A program made the translations under genes and the position numbers. The notes under the pieces are model-generated. The model was given only the letters and a program-made list of their open reading frames with translations. It was not told the DNA's origin and did no database searches. A DNA stretch of 64,000 bases from a virus, in the IMG/VR virus record IMGVR_UViG_3300020202_000066, positions 1 to 64,000 of that record; one strand, 5' to 3'. Below are positions 18,093 through 28,019 of this stretch, one piece after another. Position 1 is the stretch's first letter. Each line of letters starts with the position of its first letter.

Positions 18093-19016
18093 GTGGCTGG
18101 ACGGATTCTGCGCCTGAAGATGGATGAAGACCAGGTCTCGAGGACTCAGGTTTCGATGCCGGCTCCGACGGATGCGTCGCGCGCGTGGGCGCTCGCGGCC
18201 TTCGGCAAGCTGCGATGCGAGCCGCTGGCGGTGCTCTACCGGCTGGCGCTCGCAGCAGGTCCCACGCGCGTGGCACCGATCAGCGTTCGGGCGCTTGCCC
18301 AGACCCTCGGTCTCGGCCGGGACACAGTGAAGTGCTGCATCGCGCAGCTGTCGCGCATCGGTCTCGTTCGGCGCATGGGACCCCGGGCCTGGGAGCTTGT
18401 CGTGGACCCGATGCACCCGGACCCGACGGCCCTCGAACTGACCTGGGCAGGTCCGAGTGGACCTGTGCAGGTCAATTCGGACGTGGCTGGGTCAATGCCC
18501 GCGGTGGGATCCAGCTCGCAGGACCGGGTAGGTGCGACGGAGAAACCTCCGCCGGCGGAGGCCAAGACCAAGAAGCGCCGCGGCCCGAAGGCTGCCAGGG
18601 GCGAGCGGCGGCGAGAGCCCGACAAGGACGTCGCCCACTCTCCTGAGGAGCGCGAGATCATCCGGGAATTCCGGAAGGCGTACCTCACTCATGCGGACCC
18701 CGGCTACAAGGGCTTCACACCCTACATCAACAAGACGGAGGTCGAGTCGGCCGGGCGGCTCCTCAAGAAGCACGGCCGCGAACTCATTCTGAAGGTCATC
18801 GACTGGACCGTGAAGCACAAGGAGACGCCGCGGGCCGGCAGTCGGTGGACTGGGTGGAGCGGCGTGATCAAGTCGCTGTCTAACCTCCTCGAGCACTTCG
18901 CAACGCTCGAGCAGAAGATGCGCTTCGCCCAGGCGAAGCCAGAGCGGCCGACCTTCCTCGGTCATGTGATGGACCTCGATGCCCCCGGTGAAGGAGGTGA
19001 TGGCGATGGCCGCTAG
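18093..19016 (+). CDS. putative replication initiator / replisome organiser
   Basis: N-term wHTH (SVRALAQTLGLGRDTVKCCIAQLSRIGLV), C-term VIDW..WSGVIKS..L; precedes DnaB; contains iteron-like palindromes. Confidence 0.65.
   Translation: MAGRILRLKMDEDQVSRTQVSMPAPTDASRAWALAAFGKLRCEPLAVLYRLALAAGPTRVAPISVRALAQTLGLGRDTVKCCIAQLSRIGLVRRMGPRAWELVVDPMHPDPTALELTWAGPSGPVQVNSDVAGSMPAVGSSSQDRVGATEKPPPAEAKTKKRRGPKAARGERRREPDKDVAHSPEEREIIREFRKAYLTHADPGYKGFTPYINKTEVESAGRLLKKHGRELILKVIDWTVKHKETPRAGSRWTGWSGVIKSLSNLLEHFATLEQKMRFAQAKPERPTFLGHVMDLDAPGEGGDGDGR
18440..18473. repeat. tandem palindromes GACCTG-NN-CAGGTC, copy 2 (possible ori iterons)
   Basis: gacctgggcaggtc + gacctgtgcaggtc, 20-bp period, inside initiator gene. 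Confidence 0.7.
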
Positions 19017-20289
19017 GCTGCGAGCGATTGATAACGAAACCCGGATCGCATCCGGGAACCCTGCCGTGCCGGACGAGAGCGAAGAGGTCGAGGCTCTCGC
19101 CCTCTCGTGCATGATCCTCCATCGGCGGGCCTGCTACGAGGCGATGATCTACCCGCTGACGCGAGAGCACTTCACCTCGCAGAAGCACCGACTGCTGTTC
19201 GACGTAGCAACTGCGGCGTACGAGGAGGGTGAGAGTGGCGAGGTCGGCCTGATCTTCCACCGAATGGAGCAGGCTGGGAGAGCTCAGTCGTATTCCCTCG
19301 TGGACCTCCTGAGCGTGTTCGAGCTGGCTCCGACCTCCACGATGATACGTGTGTATGCGCAGCGGCTGGAGGAGCTCAGGCTACGGCGCGCACGGCGGGA
19401 ACGGTTGGTGCATGCCTACGACCTCCTCCGGAGTGGGGATGAGGACGGCGCGGAGTCGGCACTCCGGGAGGCTCTCGAAGTTCCGCGACTGGACAAGGCC
19501 ATCGAGTCGCAGGATCTCCAGGTAGAGCGCTTGGCTGAGGAGCTGAAGGCCGAGCCCGAGTCAGGGGTCGTTGGGCTGCCGACGGGATTCAGCCGCCTGA
19601 ACCGAGCGACCTGGGGCCTCACGCCCGCGACGTACTGGCTGATCTTGGGACAGACGTCGGCCGGCAAAACGACGCTGGTCCTGCAGATCCTGCTGGCCGC
19701 GGCCATGGCGGGTGGCGCGGTCTACATATGGTCCAAGGAAATGAACCGCCTGAAGCTGCAGCGCCGACTGCTGCGCATGCTCTCCGGCGTCGAGCTCCGG
19801 CCAGGCGGCTGGAACAAGCTGACCCCCGAGCAGCGGGCGCGAGTCGAGTCAGCGTTGGCGGAGCTCAAGCAGTTGCCTATCACGATCGATGACCGGGCGA
19901 GCGACCTGCCCCAAATGGTGGCACAGGCTCGCCGCCTCGCCGGGAAGATCCGGGTTTTCTGCGTCGACCACATCGGACTCGTTGACCATCCCAAGCTCAC
20001 GGGAACAGAGGCGCTCGACAAGGCATCGACGGCGATCCGCAACGTGATCTGCAACGAGGCCGAGGCGACCTGCCTGGTGATTGGCCAGTACGACAAGGCC
20101 AGTTCCACCGAAGCTCGACCGAGCATGGCCGGGGTCCGGGGGTCGGCGCGGCTGATCCAGGACCCGGACATCGTGCTCCAGCTCTCTCGCGAGGAGCTCC
20201 TTATCACCAAGGGCCGAGACACCGGGTGCGGCTCCATCAAGCTGGAGTGGGACGCGCGCCTCGTGAAGTACAACGAGGCGATGCTCTGA
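19006..20289 (+). CDS. dnaB: DnaB-like replicative helicase
   Basis: GLPTGF..L, GQTSAGKT, SKEM, VDHIGL, RGSARLIQDPDIV. Confidence 0.85.
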   Translation: MAARLRAIDNETRIASGNPAVPDESEEVEALALSCMILHRRACYEAMIYPLTREHFTSQKHRLLFDVATAAYEEGESGEVGLIFHRMEQAGRAQSYSLVDLLSVFELAPTSTMIRVYAQRLEELRLRRARRERLVHAYDLLRSGDEDGAESALREALEVPRLDKAIESQDLQVERLAEELKAEPESGVVGLPTGFSRLNRATWGLTPATYWLILGQTSAGKTTLVLQILLAAAMAGGAVYIWSKEMNRLKLQRRLLRMLSGVELRPGGWNKLTPEQRARVESALAELKQLPITIDDRASDLPQMVAQARRLAGKIRVFCVDHIGLVDHPKLTGTEALDKASTAIRNVICNEAEATCLVIGQYDKASSTEARPSMAGVRGSARLIQDPDIVLQLSREELLITKGRDTGCGSIKLEWDARLVKYNEAML

Positions 20290-20546
20290 TGGGCTACCTG
20301 GAAGACATGAAGGAGCGGCTGAAGAAACGGTTCTTCGAGATTCCAATCGTTCCCGGCCCGGAGGATGATCCGCGGGATGTGGATACTCGAGCGGATGGCT
20401 TGGTGTGGTTGATCGGCTGGATCGACGACCACCCGAAGGCGACGCGCGAAGAGTATCTGGCCGAGATGGATCGGGTGAAGAGCGAGGGGCCTGGATGGAT
20501 TCCGCGGCGACCTTGGCCTGAGGAGTCGAAGGGGGCGGGGCAGTGA
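20289..20546 (+). CDS. hypothetical protein
   Basis: Coupled ORF. Confidence 0.55.
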   Translation: MGYLEDMKERLKKRFFEIPIVPGPEDDPRDVDTRADGLVWLIGWIDDHPKATREEYLAEMDRVKSEGPGWIPRRPWPEESKGAGQ

Positions 20547-20923
20547 GATTCGATCAGAAGCGCCCGTGCGCCGAATGTCCCTTTCTCCGCACTGCCGGCG
20601 GGTATCTCCACCCGGTGCGGGCGAGAGAGATCGCCGAGAACATGCTCGACTGGAACGGTCAGACCTTCCAGTGCCACAAGACGCTCCACATCGCGGAGAA
20701 ACGATTCGGCAAGGCGGACGCTCAGCATTGCGCGGGCGCCTTGATCTTCGCGGAAAAGAACGACGTGATGACGCAGGCGATGCGGATGGCTGGGCGCCTG
20801 GGCATCTACGAGCCAGGGCTGGCCGACAATGGGCGGCAGTCCGCACGGGTTTACGACAGCGCTGCGGAGATGATCCGCGCGCACGCAGACCAAGTACGTC
20901 CTCGCATCAAGAAGCCGCGCTAG
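20543..20923 (+). CDS. Cys-rich phage protein
   Basis: PCAECPF..FQCHKT..HCAGA motif pattern. Confidence 0.65.
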   Translation: MRFDQKRPCAECPFLRTAGGYLHPVRAREIAENMLDWNGQTFQCHKTLHIAEKRFGKADAQHCAGALIFAEKNDVMTQAMRMAGRLGIYEPGLADNGRQSARVYDSAAEMIRAHADQVRPRIKKPR

Positions 20924-20976
20924 TCGAGCGCAATCTATCCAAGAACAACGAGGTGCTGACTGAGAGGGGTTCGCCC

Positions 20977-21381
20977 ATGAATTCGGACGAATTGAACGCG
21001 TTCGCAGCCCAGGTGACGGCCGCCGCTCTGACACTTCCGCACGCGGCTCGCGGCCGACAGAACGACGCGGGTGCTGTGCTGGTCTCTGCCGGCATCCTGA
21101 TCACCCCGATGTACACGGACCCCGCGCTCCCTGGGAAGGTGTTCAGCGCCGACCTGGTCGAGCTCAAGCAGGGGCGCCTCGGTGTCCATCAGGTGCTCAC
21201 GATCCGCGACGGTGAGATCGGCAACAACGCCAACGTGCGGCCGATGCCCCAGAGTATCGGCAATCCGTCGGCGATCCTCTCGCTGCTCGGCGGCCACCTC
21301 CTGCCAGGCGTTCTGGGGAATGTGCTCGCCGGCGGCGATCCGCTGTCGCTCCTGACAAGCCTCCTCCGGGATCGGAAGTAG
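20977..21381 (+). CDS. hypothetical protein
   Basis: GAGGGG RBS before ATG 20977. Confidence 0.55.
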   Translation: MNSDELNAFAAQVTAAALTLPHAARGRQNDAGAVLVSAGILITPMYTDPALPGKVFSADLVELKQGRLGVHQVLTIRDGEIGNNANVRPMPQSIGNPSAILSLLGGHLLPGVLGNVLAGGDPLSLLTSLLRDRK

Positions 21382-21386
21382 TCCCG

Positions 21387-22802
21387 ATGAAAACCATCTT
21401 GGCGGCCGACCTGTTCGCTGGTGCCGGTGGGGCGACCACCTCACTTCGGCGCGCATGTGATGAGCTGGGACTCGGCCTCTCAGCGGTTGCCGTGAACCAC
21501 TGGCCGATCGCCGTCAAGACGCACTCGCTCAACCATCCCGAAGTTCAGCACTTCTGCGAGACCGTCGAGCAGGCGAATCCGAGGGAGTGCGTGCCAGGTG
21601 GTCGACTGCACGTGCTCCTGGCCGGGCCTTCGTGCACCCATCACAGTCGGGCCCGGGGCGGCCGGCCGGTGAACGATCAGGCGAGGACCAGCGCGTGGCA
21701 CATCCTCCGCTGGTGTCAGGAGTTGTACGTCGACAACGTGATCATTGAGAACGTCGAGGAGTTCCGATCTTGGTCTCCGGTCGGACTCAACGGCAAGCCT
21801 TTGAAGCGCCGGACCGGCGAGACCTACAACGCGTTCCTCGCCGCGCTCCGCTCACTGGGCTACCGAGTCGAGGACCGAATCCTCAACGCAGCAGACTACG
21901 GGGACCCGACGACGCGGCGCCGGCTGTTCATCGTCGCTCGCCGCGGCGGCCGGCCGATTCGTTGGCCCGAGCCGACACATGCTCCGACGGGCGTCCAGTC
22001 CCTGTTCGGCGGGCTCCAGCCGTGGCGATCCGCACGCGAGATCATCGACTGGTCCATCCCCGGCAAGTCGATCTTCCGCAGGAAGAAGCCGCTCAAGCCC
22101 AAGACGATGGCGCGGATTCTTGCCGGCCTCGAGCGCTTCGGCGGGTCAGTGCTAAAGCCGTTCATCGTCGTGCTCCGCGCGAACATGGGGGCGCGTCCGC
22201 TCAACGAGCCGCTACCCACCATCGTTGCAAGCGGGCAGCACATTGGGCTTTGCGAACCATTCGTGCTGCAGCAGCAGTCTGGTGGCGCGCCGCGCTCCAC
22301 GAGGCAGCCGCTGCCGACGCTCGCCGCCAAGGGCGCCCAAGCGCTCGTGCAGCCCTTCCTCGTGCCGCTCTATGGAGAGCGGAAGGGGCAGGCGCCGCGC
22401 ACGCACTCCGTCGATGAGCCTGTCCCGACGATCCCGGCGACGGGATCCGGGAAGTTCCTCGTCGTGGAACCGCTCATCACCTCTTACTACAGCGGCAGCG
22501 CCGGCGCGTCGCGCGTGTCAGAGCCACTGCCCACCGTCACGACGAAGGATCGCTTCGGCCTCGTGCTGCCGGTCGTCGACGGCCAAGCCCTGGATATCCA
22601 CTTCCGGATGCTGCGGCCGCACGAACTCGCGCGCGCGATGTCGTTCGGGGATGAGTACCAGTTCGCCGGCAATCAGGAGCAGGTGGTTCGCCAGATCGGA
22701 AATGCTTGGCCCTGCCGGTTGGGGCAGGCGCTTGTGGAATCGATGCTGCGCGACTACGCGACAGAACGGAGGTCGGCCGAGCTCCGTGAGCTTGTCGGCT
22801 GA
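21387..22802 (+). CDS. DNA cytosine-5 methyltransferase
   Basis: DLFAGAGG, PSCTHHS, IENVEEF, RRRLFI, QIGNAW; repeated PLPT elements. Confidence 0.9.
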   Translation: MKTILAADLFAGAGGATTSLRRACDELGLGLSAVAVNHWPIAVKTHSLNHPEVQHFCETVEQANPRECVPGGRLHVLLAGPSCTHHSRARGGRPVNDQARTSAWHILRWCQELYVDNVIIENVEEFRSWSPVGLNGKPLKRRTGETYNAFLAALRSLGYRVEDRILNAADYGDPTTRRRLFIVARRGGRPIRWPEPTHAPTGVQSLFGGLQPWRSAREIIDWSIPGKSIFRRKKPLKPKTMARILAGLERFGGSVLKPFIVVLRANMGARPLNEPLPTIVASGQHIGLCEPFVLQQQSGGAPRSTRQPLPTLAAKGAQALVQPFLVPLYGERKGQAPRTHSVDEPVPTIPATGSGKFLVVEPLITSYYSGSAGASRVSEPLPTVTTKDRFGLVLPVVDGQALDIHFRMLRPHELARAMSFGDEYQFAGNQEQVVRQIGNAWPCRLGQALVESMLRDYATERRSAELRELVG

Positions 22803-22808
22803 AGGGAG

Positions 22809-23651
22809 ATGGACATGCAATTCGAGAATGAGTGTAAGCGTAAGGTCTGGACGGGAAGCGAGTACGACTACGATCGGCGCGAGGAGCGGTACCAGTTCGA
22901 CAAGCCGCCGCGGCTGCTGTTCTTCTGGTCGCGTCTCTTTCAGGCGGTGATCTCGCAGGCAGGCACATTCCTGCTGACCGGGAAGTATCACACCCAGGAC
23001 TGCGGGATTTACAAGTGCGAAGGCGGCTGCAACATGCCGGGTGCCGGCAGTCTCGTGCTCAGCAGCAGCGGGGCCTACTGGGATGGCTACTACTGCAAGG
23101 GCACCAGCAAGGAAATGGCGCAGCGGAAGATGAACGCCCTCATCTCGGAGGTCGCTCTCAGCTGGGATCCAAACAACCCGATCGAGTCGATGCTGACTTC
23201 TGCGGCGGCGCAGGTGAAGGGGCTCACAGCCGAAGAGCTCAAGAGCGCGATCGAGAAGTCCAGGTGTGGTGGTGCCTTCGGCGGGGACGCGCTGTCGGAC
23301 TTCTTCAGCTGGAACCCATTCTCGAAGGCCCCGGAGGATCGAGACTATCTGCGGTTCACCCGTGTCCAGATCGGCGGTGAAGACCCGGAGGTGGTCGAGC
23401 AGTCGTTCCGTGACAAGGACCTTGGCCACGACCTGCTGCAGCGGGTGCAGGAAGCGGTGAACAAAGCCCATGCCGGGCAGGGCTACCACTTCAACGCGAT
23501 GTGCTGCTCGCCGCGGCGGATGGATGACGGATCGCTGAAGTTCTGGATCAACACAGGCCGGCGCACTCAGATCGACGGCTGGAAGACGCAGGCCGAGATC
23601 GAGTCGTTCATTGCGTCCGGGGAGAAGCTGGTCGATTCGGCCAGGTACTGA
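22809..23651 (+). CDS. hypothetical protein
   Basis: 280 aa, RBS GGGAG. Confidence 0.7.
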   Translation: MDMQFENECKRKVWTGSEYDYDRREERYQFDKPPRLLFFWSRLFQAVISQAGTFLLTGKYHTQDCGIYKCEGGCNMPGAGSLVLSSSGAYWDGYYCKGTSKEMAQRKMNALISEVALSWDPNNPIESMLTSAAAQVKGLTAEELKSAIEKSRCGGAFGGDALSDFFSWNPFSKAPEDRDYLRFTRVQIGGEDPEVVEQSFRDKDLGHDLLQRVQEAVNKAHAGQGYHFNAMCCSPRRMDDGSLKFWINTGRRTQIDGWKTQAEIESFIASGEKLVDSARY

Positions 23652-23872
23652 TCGGCGCTGGCTGATGGATGGAGATCGATTGCGGCCATCACCGCTCGCG
23701 TGCGCCGAGTGCAGCTGCCACGTGCGCTGGGAGTACCGGGGCGGCGGGATCTACCGCGCGGAGTGCGTGTGCTCGGAATGGATGTTTCTGGAAGGGGACG
23801 TGCTCGTGACTCGGAAGCCGCCGTCGGCGCGGTTCTGGGAAAGCGTGTCGGTTCGGTGGGGAGGTCACGAAC

Positions 23873-24214
23873 GTGAACTGGGTCACTGAGACGCTGCACA
23901 TCGCGGCTGATGGGACGATCGGCGAGCACCGCATCGGACCCCGGGGGGTGATCAGTCCGGGGGCGAGCGCACAACCGGAACTGGCGCTTCGCGTGCGGTC
24001 CGATGGCTGGGTGATATGGCTGTGGAGGAGGGCGGATGACCGGCGCCTGCAGTTGGTGGATGAGATCCAGACAGCTCTGGGGATCCCACTGATGTGCGCC
24101 GATCCAGCGGCCTCGCCGACAGCACGCCGCTGCATCGTGGCGCGCGAGCTGTTCGGATGGCTCGATGGCGCGTGTCTGGCTCTCGGGCTGCCGCCTGGAG
24201 CCAGGGTCGTCTGA
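23873..24214 (+). CDS. hypothetical protein
   Basis: GGAGG RBS, GTG start. Confidence 0.5.
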   Translation: MNWVTETLHIAADGTIGEHRIGPRGVISPGASAQPELALRVRSDGWVIWLWRRADDRRLQLVDEIQTALGIPLMCADPAASPTARRCIVARELFGWLDGACLALGLPPGARVV

Positions 24215-24251
24215 CCAGCTTATTGGGGTGCAGACGGAGGAGGAGTTGGGT

Positions 24252-24587
24252 GTGGAGACGACGATCGACAGCAAGCGGAGCGGGGTGAGGGCGGTGCGCG
24301 TCACGTGGGGCGCGCTGGAGTGGCGGGATGACCGCGGTTGGGCGGGCGGGGGCTGGTACGGCGAGCCGGGCTCGATGGTACCTCTGGTCGGCGCTGTCGG
24401 CATCGCCGGCTACCTCATCGCCTGCCCCGGGTGCGGGCGCCTCGGCGGGCCGAAGGAGGGCGCGAGGTGGGAGGTGACCGCCGGAAACCCGGCGGATGTC
24501 ACGACGCTGACCGTCCGACCCAGCATCGCGAAGGACTGCTGCGGGTGGCACGGGTACCTGACGAACGGGGTGTTCACGAGCTGCTGA
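24252..24587 (+). CDS. DUF6527-like Zn-binding protein
   Basis: CPGCG..TLTVRPSI..CGWHGYLTNG. Confidence 0.6.
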   Translation: METTIDSKRSGVRAVRVTWGALEWRDDRGWAGGGWYGEPGSMVPLVGAVGIAGYLIACPGCGRLGGPKEGARWEVTAGNPADVTTLTVRPSIAKDCCGWHGYLTNGVFTSC

Positions 24588-24820
24588 GGGGATGGGCGTG
24601 GAGTGGCCGCCAGAGCTGTCGTGTGAGACCTGCCAGGACGTGGTCCGGTGGCGGAAGTCGGGCGCGATGCTCTGGTGGTTCGCCGGCCCGTGCTCCTGCT
24701 CGGCTTGGGCTGTGCGAGGAGACGGGCGGGTGTTCGTGAGGCGGCCGGGGTGGCGCAGGGAGCGCCCGGCCTGACCGGCCTGGTGGGGCCGCGGATGGTG
24801 CGGACGGAGGAGGCGGGGCG

Positions 24821-25024
24821 ATGGCCGAGATCAGCGTGGAGAGCAAGGTCGAGTTCGAGCTGGAGTGCGAGAAGTGCGACGGCGAGCTGGAGGGAGAGCT
24901 CCGGACCACCCGCTACAGCGGCAAGCAGAAGCTGCACGTCCAGCCGTGCAAGGCGTGTCTGAAGGAAGCCCAGGAAGAGGGCGTTGAGCAGGGGAAGGAA
25001 GAGGCGGGTGAGGAGTCTGCGTAG
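24821..25024 (+). CDS. small Zn-ribbon protein
   Basis: CEKC..CKAC; GGAGG RBS. Confidence 0.6.
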   Translation: MAEISVESKVEFELECEKCDGELEGELRTTRYSGKQKLHVQPCKACLKEAQEEGVEQGKEEAGEESA

Positions 25025-25772
25025 CCGGCAGAGTGGAGAGCGAAACCCGAACTGGCGCGGCGGGCGTGTGGTGACTCAGGAGGGATATGTGCTGATCCGC
25101 CTCCCCGGTCATCCGATGGCCGATTGCCGCGGCTATGTCTACGAGCACCGGCTCGTGGCAGCGCAACGGGCCGGTCGTTCGCTGCGCGAGGAGGAAGTGG
25201 TTCACCACATCAACGGTGACAAAGCGGACAACCGCCCAGAGAACCTGGAGCTCTGTCCGACGGGGGCTCACCACCGGTTCCATCACCGCACAGCGGAATC
25301 GGCAACCCTTCGCTCATCCCCCGACGAGCCGAACCAATTGGTCGCATGTGCCTGTGGGTGTGGTGCGACCTTCTTGCGCTTCGACGCGGCGGGGCGTCGG
25401 CGGGAATTCGTTTGCGGACACAACCCGTCAGCTCGACCGACTCTCGATGCCGTGCGGGATGCTGTCCTTCATGGAGCGTGTCGCGTTCCCGAAGTGGTCT
25501 CCTTGGTAAGATTGACATCCGGTGCCGTCAGGATAGCACTCTCGAAGCTTGCTCGGTCTGGCGAGGTCGAGCGACGAGCGGTAGGCGTCTACGGCCCACC
25601 GGGCTCCGGGCCGCTGCGCGTCCAGAAGACCATCGAGTGTGAGTGCGGATGCGGGGCCACACTCGAGAGGTATGACGCTGCTTGGCGTCCCCGACGGTTC
25701 ATATCGGGCCACAACGGCCGAGTCGCGAAGGCCCGTGGTGGCCGCGTGGCAGTCGATGCCACGAGGAGGTGA
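25008..25772 (+). CDS. HNH homing endonuclease
   Basis: GERNPNWRGG, YEHRLV, VHHINGDKADNRPENL; two CxCGCG..GHN repeats. Confidence 0.85.
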   Translation: MRSLRSRQSGERNPNWRGGRVVTQEGYVLIRLPGHPMADCRGYVYEHRLVAAQRAGRSLREEEVVHHINGDKADNRPENLELCPTGAHHRFHHRTAESATLRSSPDEPNQLVACACGCGATFLRFDAAGRRREFVCGHNPSARPTLDAVRDAVLHGACRVPEVVSLVRLTSGAVRIALSKLARSGEVERRAVGVYGPPGSGPLRVQKTIECECGCGATLERYDAAWRPRRFISGHNGRVAKARGGRVAVDATRR

Positions 25773-25778
25773 TGTCCA

Positions 25779-26877
25779 ATGTCTTCCAATTCGGAAATCG
25801 AATGGTGTGATTCCACGTGGAATTGTGTCCGCGGATGTTCCCGAGTTTCGGAGGGCTGCCAACGGCCGTAACTGCTATGCGGAGCGGATCGCTGCTCGCT
25901 TCTCCGGTCCGGGGATGCCCTACGCGGGACTCGCGAAGATGACGCCTGCGGGCCCTCGGTGGACCGGGGACGTGCGGCTGGTGAAAGAGCGCTTGGCAGA
26001 TCCGCTGCGCTGGCGGGAGTCGCGGCGCATCTTCGTGAACAGCATGGCGGATCTGTTCCACGAGAGGCTCAGCAACCAAGACATTGCCGAGGTCTTTGCG
26101 GTGATGGCGCTCGCCAAGCATCACACGTTCCAAGTCCTGACGAAGCGCCCGCAGCGGATGCTCGACTGGTTCACAAAATGGATATCGTTCGGGGAGACAG
26201 ACCAGGCGGCGTTCATGCGCCAGCGCAAAACGAAGGGCGGCGTTTGGGATGCCGCACATTGGAAGGCCATTCCCTGGCCCCTCCCGAACGTCTGGCTTGG
26301 CGTCAGCGTCGAGGACCAGCGCGCCGCCGACGAGCGGATCCCGCTGCTGCTGCAGACGCCCGCGGCGGTGCGGTTCCTCAGCATCGAGCCACTGCTTGGG
26401 CCGGTTGTTCTGCCGGTCGCTTCGAAGCACCAGTGGCCCGACCAGATCGTCGGGCTCGCCAACGGTGAGGAGCCGGACGACTGGAAGTACTGGGCACAGC
26501 GGGACGGCGGCATTCGGTGGGTGATCGTTGGCGGGGAGTCAGGCCCGGGTGCTCGCCCGATGCACCCCGGCTGGGCGAGATCGCTGCGGGATCAGTGCGC
26601 AGCGGGTCAAGTTCCGTTCTTCTTCAAACAGTGGGGAGAGTGGCGGCCGCAGCTGGCGTCTGTCGCCGGAGCTCCCACGCCTCTCTGCACGGCCACCAAC
26701 TGGGGAACGCTGAAGGACGACGGGCGTTTCATGCCGGGGGTTTCGCCGTGGAATGGCCGACAGCTGGAGGACTCCAGCGACGAGGCCGAGTGCGTGATGG
26801 TCCGCGTCGGCAAGAGCGCGGCCGGCGCACTGCTCGACGGGGTGCGGCATGTGGCGTTCCCGGAGGTGCCAAGATGA
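25779..26877 (+). pseudogene. Gp37Gp68/DUF5131 family gene interrupted by a frameshift
   Basis: MSSNSEIEWCDSTWN..GCSRVSEGC in one frame (TAA 25869-25871); RNCYAE..FVNSMADLFH..GGESG..FFFKQWG in another. Confidence 0.75.
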
Positions 26878-27188
26878 TGCGTCTCGACGAACTCTTCGAA
26901 GGTGTCCAGCTGGACTTCGGCAGCTGTGGCCAGCGGCGGTTCTTCACCCCTGACGGAGGGCCCATTTGCCCCATCGCTCACGCGGCGGTGGCAAAGGGAT
27001 TCAAGCTGCCGAGCGAGAGCTGTCACCGGCGAACGGATCCGGACTTCGGACAGGACCTGATCGTTGCTCACTTCGATCTGAAGAACACGGAGGTCAACCG
27101 CTTCACGAGGGAATGGGATGGCGACAGCGAGACTCCTCCCACGATTCGATTCGAGCGGGCTCTCAAGGCGGCGCCCTCGGGGCTGTGA
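26874..27188 (+). CDS. hypothetical protein
   Basis: ATGA-coupled. Confidence 0.55.
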   Translation: MMRLDELFEGVQLDFGSCGQRRFFTPDGGPICPIAHAAVAKGFKLPSESCHRRTDPDFGQDLIVAHFDLKNTEVNRFTREWDGDSETPPTIRFERALKAAPSGL

Positions 27189-27412
27189 TGAGCGGGCTCC
27201 CTGTTTACCGCCACTACAAGGGAGGCATGTACGAGGTGGTCGCGCTCGCGAAGGACTCAGAGACGCAGGAGATGATGGTCGTGTACCGCTCGCTGAAGGA
27301 TCAGGGCGTGTGGGTGCGGCCCGCGTCGATGTTCCACGGGATGGTCGAGGTGCCGGAACGCCGGATGGTTCCGCGGTTCGAGCGGATCTGGGGCTTCAAA
27401 GGAGAGGGATGA
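27188..27412 (+). CDS. DUF1653 family protein
   Basis: YRHYKGGMYEV..DSET..VVYRSL..WVRPASMF..PRF. Confidence 0.85.
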   Translation: MSGLPVYRHYKGGMYEVVALAKDSETQEMMVVYRSLKDQGVWVRPASMFHGMVEVPERRMVPRFERIWGFKGEG

Positions 27413-27702
27413 CGGACCCGCTCTACGAGATCGAGATCCCATCCGGAGATTCCGACCTCGATCGCGTCGGAGTGCTGGTCGTTTGCTACAGCGAGCGGGC
27501 CGACCTGTGGAACCCCGGGCGGCGGTGCTGCATCCGTGCGTGCCAAACGGTCACAACGGACGGATACAAATTCTTCATTCGGGCCACTGGGAAGGGCCAA
27601 CGCTTCTACATGTGCGACCGGCATCGAAAGAACAGGTACATCAGGAATGCGACGATCTCACGGTGGGCGGCGTCGCAAGGTATCGAGGTGGAGTTGAAGT
27701 GA
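27409..27702 (+). CDS. hypothetical protein
   Basis: Coupled ORF with Cys motifs. Confidence 0.5.
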   Translation: MTDPLYEIEIPSGDSDLDRVGVLVVCYSERADLWNPGRRCCIRACQTVTTDGYKFFIRATGKGQRFYMCDRHRKNRYIRNATISRWAASQGIEVELK

Positions 27703-28019
27703 GCGACGCGACGATCGGCTACATCGACAGCGGCCCGGTGCGCCCGATCCGCTATGAGCTGTTGTATTTCTGGTCGCCAACCTGTCATCCGTGCCGGGAG
27801 GTCTCGCTCCACGTCAGCTACCTGGAGCGACAGCTGGCCGGGCGTGTTGACGTCGAGCGCATCGAGGTGACGACGCAGCCCGACGTGGCGAACCGGTACC
27901 AGGTGATGTCCGTGCCCACCGTGCTTCTCCTCCGCGACGGCCGCGTGGTGCGGTCGGCGGTCGGGGCGCGGACCCTGCAGCAGCTGCGGGAGCTCGTGGA
28001 GGAGGGGATGGGGGAGTGA
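27699..28019 (+). CDS. thioredoxin
   Basis: FWSPTCHPC, VMSVPT, VGA. Confidence 0.85.
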   Translation: MSDATIGYIDSGPVRPIRYELLYFWSPTCHPCREVSLHVSYLERQLAGRVDVERIEVTTQPDVANRYQVMSVPTVLLLRDGRVVRSAVGARTLQQLRELVEEGMGE

